DNA of 11,474 bases, taken from a bacterium (lineage in GTDB: Bacteria > Muiribacteriota > UBA6191). This document shows positions 1 through 6,634 of this stretch, one piece after another. Numbering within the stretch: position 1 is the stretch's first letter; each line of letters opens with the position of its first letter. Below the pieces are notes generated by a model. The model was not told the origin of the DNA. It was given only the letters and a program-made list of their open reading frames with translations, and did not search any database. A program made the position numbers and the translations under genes. The DNA lies in contig JAYZAC010000011.1 of the NCBI GenBank assembly GCA_036339875.1, positions 1 to 11,474 on the forward strand, in the 5' to 3' direction.

Positions 1-1112
1 TTAACCTGTTTTGAGTAGGTGTGGCCAAGAATTTTATGATCTAATTTATGTTTTATCGGTAAGTCTTTTTGCTTATATGTGTTTACCTTAGACTCTAATG
101 GTATAAGTAAATTTTTAAGTATTCGTAAGTCACGCTCTCTATTTGTGATTTCTATAGCATTACGAAGAAATTGAATATGTGGAACTTTTAATAATCCGTC
201 TAGAGATCTAATTATTCTAAATTTAAGATCTTCGTTTTCTACATTATTAAACCAAATTAGTAGTTGAGGTACGGCGTCTGGCATTTTCCATTTATAAGCC
301 TCTGAAATTTCTTTTATCAGTACTTTATCATTTTCAAATCTTTCGACTATTTCACATAACCATTGTTTGTGTATCTTAGGTATTTCTCGCGATGCTTCGA
401 AATACATGCTCAAGAAATGGCGTTGAGCTACACTTCCTTGATAGGATTCAATAAGTCTTTTCCATTGGGAATTTAACAACTCAAAATCATCTTGATAAAG
501 TCCTATAAAACCCCAGCGAAATAAATCAAAGGTATTATTATTAAGTAAAGTTAAATAATTTTGCTGACAGGCGTTAGGCTTTAATTCGACTAAAAGTTCT
601 AATAATTGACCTTTTAAATTTTCACTCAATTTGCTCCTAGAACCGAAAACTCTAGGTATTATGAAATCAACGACTTCCTGACTCTGAACCTCATTCCAAT
701 TTTTTAGATCGCTCTTGTATTGATTAATTAACCTAGCTAAGTCATCAACTGATTCTTGCTTAAGTGCACTATATAAATTATTTGCCGCCGTATTATCTAA
801 ATCTTCGTTTAACTTCGGCTCAAGCAAGTTAGGCATGGCTTTTATCGATTGCACAATTTCCTTTGCCAGCTCGCTTACAACTCGATCTTCATCTTGAATA
901 AATATCTCAATATGCGATAAATACTTTTTATTAAATAAAGACATCAGACGTAATAGATTTCGCTTGATTAAGTTATCAGACGAAAAATTTAAGCAATAAA
1001 ATAATAGCGGAATAAAAGCTTCCTGCTTTTCTCTGATAGCATTCTCGCTCAATGCTTTAATGGAGTTCAAATCCTTAGATTTAAGAGCATCAAGTATTTT
1101 TATCGAATTCAC
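1..1112 (-). CDS. Hypothetical alpha-helical (HEAT/ARM-like repeat) protein, 3'-truncated by the window edge
   Basis: Manual translation: GTG at 1112..1110 overlaps the trhO TGA stop (GTGA), and the frame stays open for 370 codons to the window edge (MNSIKILDALKSKDLNSIKALSENAIREKQEAFIPLLFYCL...IFIQDEDRVVSELAKEIV...DAVPQLLIWFNNVENEDLKFRIIRSL...). It is L/I/E/K-rich with HEAT-like 'D.D..V...A' and 'AVP.L' patterns. Absent from the supplied track, presumably because it has no stop in the window. Confidence 0.8.
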   Translation of the reverse strand, partial: MNSIKILDALKSKDLNSIKALSENAIREKQEAFIPLLFYCLNFSSDNLIKRNLLRLMSLFNKKYLSHIEIFIQDEDRVVSELAKEIVQSIKAMPNLLEPKLNEDLDNTAANNLYSALKQESVDDLARLINQYKSDLKNWNEVQSQEVVDFIIPRVFGSRSKLSENLKGQLLELLVELKPNACQQNYLTLLNNNTFDLFRWGFIGLYQDDFELLNSQWKRLIESYQGSVAQRHFLSMYFEASREIPKIHKQWLCEIVERFENDKVLIKEISEAYKWKMPDAVPQLLIWFNNVENEDLKFRIIRSLDGLLKVPHIQFLRNAIEITNRERDLRILKNLLIPLESKVNTYKQKDLPIKHKLDHKILGHTYSKQV

Positions 1113-2158
1113 TTTGGTGGTTCCCAAGGTTTAATCTCACCCTCTCGGTATGTTTTTGAGAATCCAGCTTCAAAAGTACCTGATCTCTTCAACTTTTCAA
1201 ATTCTTCGGGCTCCAGCTGTATTACTTCATAACATCTAGGTGAGCAAACCGATTTCTTGGAATCGGAACACGACCGACATTGAATAAAGAGTTTATGACA
1301 TAAATCATTAGCACAATTGATATGTCTGTCACTCGGTATGCCACAACTAGAACATTTACTTAATACATCCGAGGTTACTCTTTCCCCTAATCGTCCATCA
1401 AAGACAAAATTTACACCTTTGTACTTACTTTCCTCGCCCGATTCTTTGACCTCATGTGCATACTGAATGATTCCCCCGTGTAATTGGTTCACATCTTTAA
1501 AACCTTTATGTTTAAGGTATGCACTAGCTTTCTCACAACGAATTCCACCGGTACAATATAGAAGAATTTTCTGATCTTCTTTTCCCTTTAGATGTTCCTC
1601 TACAATTGGTAAGGCATCTCTAAATGTCTCACTCTTTGGTAGATAGGCACCTTCAAAATGACCAACTTCTGTCTCGTAATGGTTGCGCATATCTATGAGT
1701 GCAACATCTGGAGAACCAACTAGCTTGTGAAATTCCATTGCATCTAGATGTTCACCCACATCTCTTACATCAAAATTCTCGTCGTTAAGACCATCCGCTA
1801 ATATTTTAGATCTTACTTTAATTTTCAATTTTAGAAACGAGTGCTCTGGTTCCTCTAGTGCTATTTTAAGCGGCATGGACTTATAATGCTCGCGCCGATC
1901 TAGATAAGATTTAAAGTCATTTAAGAGCTGTGCGGGGATACTAACTTGAGCATTGATGCCTTCACTCGCTATGTATATTCTACCCAGCACTCCTAGCGCA
2001 TTGAAGTCTTCATAAAGTAGTTGACGTTCCTTAAACGGGTCTGTTAAACGGAAATACCTGTAGAAACTAAGAGTAAGTCTAGCAAAAGGCTCGGCTTTGA
2101 TCTTGCTCTCAAGATCTTCCTTAGAAAATATATTATACAATCGCTTCGGTGAGTTCAT
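1109..2158 (-). CDS. trhO: Oxygen-dependent tRNA uridine(34) hydroxylase TrhO (YceA/UPF0176 rhodanese-domain protein)
   Basis: Family motifs SFYRY, GRIYIASEGINAQ, DMRNHYETEVGHF, YCTGGIRCEKAS, QLHGGI and FVFDGR, plus a Cys-rich C-terminal region (CSSC...CANDLCHKLFIQC). The track starts at GTG 2179; ATG 2158 (MNSPKRLYN) is preferred because the GTG lies upstream of a perfect TATAAT. Confidence 0.93.
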   Translation of the reverse strand: MNSPKRLYNIFSKEDLESKIKAEPFARLTLSFYRYFRLTDPFKERQLLYEDFNALGVLGRIYIASEGINAQVSIPAQLLNDFKSYLDRREHYKSMPLKIALEEPEHSFLKLKIKVRSKILADGLNDENFDVRDVGEHLDAMEFHKLVGSPDVALIDMRNHYETEVGHFEGAYLPKSETFRDALPIVEEHLKGKEDQKILLYCTGGIRCEKASAYLKHKGFKDVNQLHGGIIQYAHEVKESGEESKYKGVNFVFDGRLGERVTSDVLSKCSSCGIPSDRHINCANDLCHKLFIQCRSCSDSKKSVCSPRCYEVIQLEPEEFEKLKRSGTFEAGFSKTYREGEIKPWEPPK

Positions 2159-2167
2159 TGCATGAGC

Positions 2168-2173
2168 ATTATA
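2168..2173 (-). promoter_or_regulatory. Putative sigma70 -10 box (TATAAT) for a leaderless or very short-leader trhO transcript
   Basis: Minus strand reads TATAAT-gctcatgca-ATG (9-nt gap) with no Shine-Dalgarno. No consensus -35 at 17-bp spacing. Confidence 0.45.
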
Positions 2174-2175
2174 AC

Positions 2176-2209
2176 CCACGTGGTCAATAGCATCTCCGAT
2201 CGGTCAATA
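2176..2209. promoter_or_regulatory. Tandem operator-like repeat TATTGACC-NNNN-GG with palindromic cores
   Basis: Minus strand: TATTGACCGATCGG (2209..2196) and TATTGACCACGTGG (2189..2176), with a 20-nt period. The cores CCGATCGG and CCACGTGG are perfect palindromes, and the pair abuts the TATAAT. Confidence 0.4.
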
Positions 2210-2258
2210 ATGTTTCTGATAGTATAATTACAAAATGTCTCTCATGGCAGTCTATCCT

Positions 2259-2284
2259 GTTTACCCTCCGTCCTGGAGGTAAGC
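2259..2284. other. GC-rich RNA hairpin downstream of the DUF5522-like gene (no U-tract)
   Basis: Minus strand GCTTACCTCC-AGGAC-GGAGGGTAAAC: TTACCTCC pairs with GGAG(G)GTAA. No poly-U follows on either strand, so it is not a canonical intrinsic terminator. Confidence 0.45.
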
Positions 2285-2295
2285 TAAAACTTGAG

Positions 2296-2463
2296 TCAAG
2301 ATTCAGAATTTTTTTCATCGCTGCTTTGACTGATAGCAAGCGTGCGAGAACACACTCTGTTTCCAGCTCTATTTTCACTGGGGTTGTCGTATGGGCAGTT
2401 GCGGCATCCAAAATTGCAACAATAGCCCCTGGCTAATAAAAAATCCCGGCTCAAAGGTTCCAT
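2296..2463 (-). CDS. Small cysteine-rich DUF5522-like protein (55 aa), putative metal-binding
   Basis: Motif FLLARGYCCNFGCRNCPY matches the recalled DUF5522 signature (L..RG.CC..GCR.CPY). The track ORF begins at 2541; ATG 2463 (MEPLSRDFLL) is preferred because it lies 6 nt after a perfect TATAAT. Confidence 0.8.
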   Translation of the reverse strand: MEPLSRDFLLARGYCCNFGCRNCPYDNPSENRAGNRVCSRTLAISQSSDEKNSES

Positions 2464-2469
2464 ACAATC

Positions 2470-2475
2470 ATTATA
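2470..2475 (-). promoter_or_regulatory. Putative -10 box (TATAAT) for a leaderless DUF5522-like transcript
   Basis: Minus strand TATAAT-gattgt-ATG (6-nt gap), no SD. Confidence 0.55.
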
Positions 2476-2526
2476 CTTGGGGATACACAACTCTTTTCCA
2501 AATTGTTCCGATCCGGTCATCATTAT

Positions 2527-2553
2527 TAAAATCAGATCCAAAACGGACCGATC
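2527..2553 (-). terminator. Weak putative intrinsic terminator after the 710-aa gene
   Basis: About 10 nt after the TAG stop: GATCGGTCC-GTTTT-GGATCTGATT followed by TTAAT. The stem is imperfect (G-U pairs, one bulge) and the U-run is short. Confidence 0.3.
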
Positions 2554-2563
2554 ACGTCTGTAA

Positions 2564-4696
2564 CTACAAATAATTGCGGATTATATCGCGCTTGTCATGA
2601 CCTGCCAATACATGAAATCGACGAAGTGACCTTAGGGTGTCAGGAGCAAAATTACCCAAAGGGATATATATTATTCGTTTTGACATACGCTCTGCTAAGC
2701 GCTTAAAAACTCCTCTAGGAGGCTTTGGAGCTACATATACTATATGCTTTTCGCGGCTATATTCCAGTGCAGCCACAAGTAGTGTTTCATGCTTGTGTGG
2801 TATTGCCACGTAATCTGGGTCTGACCAAACATCGAACATGCGACCTGGTGGGTAACTCATAACAAATCCACCGTAGACACTACGCCCTATTCCCGGACCT
2901 ACCAATTGATCTTCATAATTACTGGCATAGAAAGCTAGATCAGATTCTTGATCATGTTCACCCAACCATGTAAGTCTATAATCATATTCAGTATTATCAA
3001 GATCTTCATCGAAAATCATAACTACCGATCCAACAGCACTATCAAAATTACGTCTCTCGCGGACATATATTTGATCATCTTGTACATTTCTAATAGTTTC
3101 TTTGAAGTCAATTCCATCTAGAAGGCTGCATGAGAATGGTTGTACTCGGCAGTGTTCTTCGGATAATACTTTTGCACCTTTTTGCTTTAATGTATCACCA
3201 AATTTTTCGATGATCACATCCTCAACTGGGTAGGAGCATAGTCCCCCAGTTTCAAAGTCTTTCTGCCAATCACCTGGTGTTTGTTCCTTTGGTCTCAAAC
3301 GTTTTGGAAGACCCTGCCAATTTTGTTTAGGGGAATCTATGCGCCGACGAAAACTAATTTTTTGAGTACCGAGCCAGATCTGACCAGGCTCGACCTTCAC
3401 TGCCATTAATTCTGGTTTTTCTGTTTGGAATAGATACCAGGTTCCTAATTCCCACAGATGATAAGACAAATCGTCATCAACAATACCCCGTGCTGCATGT
3501 AAAATCTGAAAAAAACCTGGTATTAATTGCTTCTCAACAATACAACGTTTCGCTAAAAACTGCCTAATCGAACGCCACTGCCATGCTTTAACCTCTAACT
3601 TTGTTTTATGTTCATATTTGCATGCTGAAATCCTAAATAAAAAAGAAGTCGCTTGGCGTCGATCGAGAACGTTGAATTTCTTATCTCTTACACAGTCAGG
3701 TAACTTATGATTTATTTCTCTGAAATGTTCAATAAGTTGTTCTTTTTCTGATTTCACAGGTTTAGGCTTGGGGCGCTTTACTTCTTCAAAAAGATTAAGC
3801 ATTTTTCTTATTGAATCTATCGTAAATTGTTGGGACTCTTGTTCTATTTCATCCTCTACAACAGTTGTCTTTTCTAGTGAATTTTTAACCCCAGGAAATT
3901 GAATCAAATTTGATTTACTTGATTGTGTTTTAATCACATTCTGATCGGATACTTCTTTATTCAAACTAAAGAAGCTATCGAAATATACCTCGGGCTGGAA
4001 ACCACGTCGTATACATCTCCAAATTTCATAAGCGCTACTGATAAATCCAATCTCAGCCAGACAAGAGCGCGATGAATCCGCATGGAGGTGAAATACTTTG
4101 GCATTTTGACGCCTGAAAAAACCCAATGGAATTATTTGTTCAGTTTGTAAAAAATTTAATATCCCTTTGTAATGTGATGCACCACAAACAACGGCTATTT
4201 TTGAGTCAGGAAACTTCGTCTGAAGTTGTTGAATTTTATAAGCCATGTATTTTTCGCGTCGGATGTGAATATCGTCAGTATGAACGAGCGAATCTACATA
4301 TTCATTTATATATTGCATGGGGTCCATACCACCCAGCGCATAGGTGTCTGGAATATTTTCTAGCTCTGTAGGCATTTGCTCTACATCCAAATCAATAAAA
4401 TGTAGAGGTATTTTTAACTCTCGAGCGCAGCGAGCTGCTTCTACCATTGGATCGCATGGCTCAATGGGTAAATATACTTGATCCGATTTCCTATCAGGAT
4501 ATAAAATTACACTCAGTAAAGGTAGACGCTTTACTGCTTGGCAAAATCCTTGCTTAACGCTTTGAGGCAGTTCAAGACAAATTATATCTGGCTCTAGTTT
4601 ATCAATACAATCGTAGGTAAAGGCGGCAAACTCCATCCGATAATGAAATACCGGTATTAGAGTAACGTTTTGCCACGAAGGAAGCCGAGAATCCAT
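2564..4696 (-). CDS. Uncharacterised 710-aa protein: N-terminal TraB/TIKI/ChaN-like (YehM/DUF5682-like) domain plus C-terminal degenerate vWA-like region; probable partner of the adjacent AAA+ ATPase
   Basis: Long ORF starting 15 nt after the AAA gene. N-terminal motifs IPVFHY, PDIICLELP, HFIDLD, RREKYMA and IAVVCGASH. C-terminal GIDFKETIRN...VGSVVMIFDED. The CDS is certain; the domain calls are by eye. Confidence 0.75.
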   Translation of the reverse strand: MDSRLPSWQNVTLIPVFHYRMEFAAFTYDCIDKLEPDIICLELPQSVKQGFCQAVKRLPLLSVILYPDRKSDQVYLPIEPCDPMVEAARCARELKIPLHFIDLDVEQMPTELENIPDTYALGGMDPMQYINEYVDSLVHTDDIHIRREKYMAYKIQQLQTKFPDSKIAVVCGASHYKGILNFLQTEQIIPLGFFRRQNAKVFHLHADSSRSCLAEIGFISSAYEIWRCIRRGFQPEVYFDSFFSLNKEVSDQNVIKTQSSKSNLIQFPGVKNSLEKTTVVEDEIEQESQQFTIDSIRKMLNLFEEVKRPKPKPVKSEKEQLIEHFREINHKLPDCVRDKKFNVLDRRQATSFLFRISACKYEHKTKLEVKAWQWRSIRQFLAKRCIVEKQLIPGFFQILHAARGIVDDDLSYHLWELGTWYLFQTEKPELMAVKVEPGQIWLGTQKISFRRRIDSPKQNWQGLPKRLRPKEQTPGDWQKDFETGGLCSYPVEDVIIEKFGDTLKQKGAKVLSEEHCRVQPFSCSLLDGIDFKETIRNVQDDQIYVRERRNFDSAVGSVVMIFDEDLDNTEYDYRLTWLGEHDQESDLAFYASNYEDQLVGPGIGRSVYGGFVMSYPPGRMFDVWSDPDYVAIPHKHETLLVAALEYSREKHIVYVAPKPPRGVFKRLAERMSKRIIYIPLGNFAPDTLRSLRRFHVLAGHDKRDIIRNYL

Positions 4697-4711
4697 CAGA
4701 AGAATTCAGTC

Positions 4712-5524
4712 CTAATCAGAAGAGCCTGATTTGATAATCATTTCTGTACTGCGTTCAAACGCTTCGCGGTAATCCAACAAGCCGTTTTGAACCAATTTAA
4801 AAGCATATCTAGAAATATTAATTCCGTCTCTTACAGTCACAAGTTCATCACGTTTATGAGCAGCCTGCAAGAACTCTACTACGTAATTGAGAAGTTCATC
4901 GGGTACAAAAGGTACAATATGTTTTAGAATTTGCCTTTCTTCATTTTCGCTAGGGAAATCGATAAAGACACCGGGCTGAATTCTAGAAAAAATATACTCA
5001 GGAATTTCATAAGTAGACGAATCTTCATTCATAGTGGTGCAAAATCTAAACTGTCGATGAGCTTTTACCGTTACACCCGCCACTACTGACTCCACATAGC
5101 GACGATGATCAAGCAATGGTGCTAATGAAGCCCAAGCCTTTTCACTCATACGATTGCCCTCATCCAGAATACAAACACCGCCTTTAATCATTGCGGTGAC
5201 CAATGAGCTAGCCACATATTTAATTTTTTGATTTTCATCAATAACTGGAGTAATAATTAAGTCCTCAGGTCTTGTATCCATAGTAGCTTGAAAAAGATAA
5301 ACTTCGAGACCCAATTTCTGTGCTACCGCGCAAGCAAGCGTCGTCTTACCAACGCCGGGCTTACCCACAAGTCGCGGGTTCATAGGAAAATCGTCGATTT
5401 CACCACTTGTATACCAAGCTGCTTTGAGCTGACTAGATACTTCGTCCTGTCCAACCCAGCTACTGAAAGATGTCATTGGATTGGCTAACTGTACTTCTAC
5501 TGATTCTATTTTTACTTTTTCCAT
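4712..5524 (-). CDS. MoxR/CbbQ/NirQ/NorQ-type AAA+ ATPase (AAA_5-like)
   Basis: Walker A GKPGVGKT, Walker B CILDE, sensor-1 TTMN, arginine finger IFSRI and sensor-2 TVRDG. DTRPEDLI and HRQFRFCTTMN segments are typical of the MoxR clade; single 270-aa AAA module. Confidence 0.92.
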   Translation of the reverse strand: MEKVKIESVEVQLANPMTSFSSWVGQDEVSSQLKAAWYTSGEIDDFPMNPRLVGKPGVGKTTLACAVAQKLGLEVYLFQATMDTRPEDLIITPVIDENQKIKYVASSLVTAMIKGGVCILDEGNRMSEKAWASLAPLLDHRRYVESVVAGVTVKAHRQFRFCTTMNEDSSTYEIPEYIFSRIQPGVFIDFPSENEERQILKHIVPFVPDELLNYVVEFLQAAHKRDELVTVRDGINISRYAFKLVQNGLLDYREAFERSTEMIIKSGSSD

Positions 5525-5531
5525 GAAAGTG

Positions 5532-6632
5532 CTACTCCATACAAATTTTTTTACGCAAGCTAGATTTCAATGAATTATCAGCAAAACTCGCATCCACCGC
5601 TGCAAGTAATAAAGATCTAATAAATTTGTTTTGATCATGATTCGATGATCCACTACATACCTTACTCACAATATCTATTTCTCTCCAGAAATTTGTACCG
5701 AAATATACCGGATCATCACTGCCTACTACAAATTTAACATTGCTAGCACAGAGTTCCTTAAGCGGATGCTTTGTCATATTCGATACTGAGCCAGTCATTA
5801 GGTTACTGGTAGGACACACTTCAAGAACTACATTCTCATCGATAATTTTTGCAATATGCTTCTGAAAACCATGAATACCATGACCAATACGGTCCACTCC
5901 TAACTCTAAAGCCGCTCCAATCTCTGCACTGGCAACTTCAACAGGTAGATGCTCACCAGCATGCGCTACAAGTCCAAAACCCATTTCACGAATTTTTATA
6001 AAATTAGATTTAAAATCCAAAAGTGATTTTGAATCATTCCCACCACCCAGACCGATAGCTACGTATTCAGTAAGTTCTTCTTTAATAGAGCGAATACAGT
6101 TTACTTGAAAATCTTGAATATCCTTGGGGTAATTACGTACTAAATCAAGAATCAACTTTATTGTTAATCTTTCTGAGAATGACTGATTCCATGATTTACA
6201 GGCAAGTTGCCAAGCTTTCACGATGCCAATATAAAAATCAGGGTAACTAATAAGATCTTTACCATAGCTCATAAAACAGCCATCGATTGGTGATACGTGA
6301 AGCTCTGCGTATGCAATCCCTTGATTTGTAAGAGATTCTGCCACGACAGGTAAAATTTCAATAGGGCCTGGGTGAACCTTTAAATCATTGCATTGTTCAA
6401 TATTATTATAGTTGTTCGGATTCGAGAAAAGTAGTTTTTGATTCTGACACCAATGCTTAACAAAATCTTTAAAGTTAGAATAATTGAATTCTGCGTCAAA
6501 TTGCTCTCGAGTTAGGTTCTTATCAAAATCAGTACGCTTCATCCATAAAAAATCTTTTGGTATTGACCCTTCTGCATGTAAATGCAACTCAATCCCTGAG
6601 GTGTTTTGAATAAAGCTTTGAGTATTCTGCAT
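5532..6632 (-). CDS. Adenosine/adenine deaminase-family metallo-hydrolase (amidohydrolase TIM barrel); exact substrate uncertain
   Basis: All metal and catalytic motifs present: ELHLHAEGS, YAELH, AHAGE, RIGHG, LEVCPTSN, HP, SDDP. Confidence 0.9.
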   Translation of the reverse strand: MQNTQSFIQNTSGIELHLHAEGSIPKDFLWMKRTDFDKNLTREQFDAEFNYSNFKDFVKHWCQNQKLLFSNPNNYNNIEQCNDLKVHPGPIEILPVVAESLTNQGIAYAELHVSPIDGCFMSYGKDLISYPDFYIGIVKAWQLACKSWNQSFSERLTIKLILDLVRNYPKDIQDFQVNCIRSIKEELTEYVAIGLGGGNDSKSLLDFKSNFIKIREMGFGLVAHAGEHLPVEVASAEIGAALELGVDRIGHGIHGFQKHIAKIIDENVVLEVCPTSNLMTGSVSNMTKHPLKELCASNVKFVVGSDDPVYFGTNFWREIDIVSKVCSGSSNHDQNKFIRSLLLAAVDASFADNSLKSSLRKKICME

Positions 6633-6634
6633 AA

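Noticed and set aside
1..1112. Visibly lower GC suggesting a horizontally acquired island
   Set aside because: Explicable by an L/I/K/N-rich protein. The gene is coupled to trhO, and no integrase, tRNA or flanking repeats are visible.
2184..2207. TTGACC hexamers as -35 elements for trhO
   Set aside because: Spacings to TATAAT are 8 and 28 nt, incompatible with the usual ~17 nt, so they were treated as operator-like repeats instead.
2184..2411. 75-aa minus-strand ORF from the track
   Set aside because: Overlaps the DUF5522-like gene out of frame, runs through a hairpin and promoter region, and has no recognisable motif.
2159..2563. tRNA, known riboswitch or CRISPR array in the intergenic gaps
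   Set aside because: The gaps are only about 100-140 nt, with no cloverleaf, recognisable aptamer consensus or repeat-spacer periodicity.
4712..6632. RADAR-like anti-phage system (AAA+ ATPase plus adenosine deaminase)
   Set aside because: RdrA and RdrB are much larger proteins. Here the ATPase is a 270-aa MoxR-type module with its own apparent downstream partner, the deaminase is ordinary in size, and there is no defence-island context.
5532..6632. Kongming-type nucleotide-signalling defence system
   Set aside because: No HAM1-like or SIR2 gene in the window.
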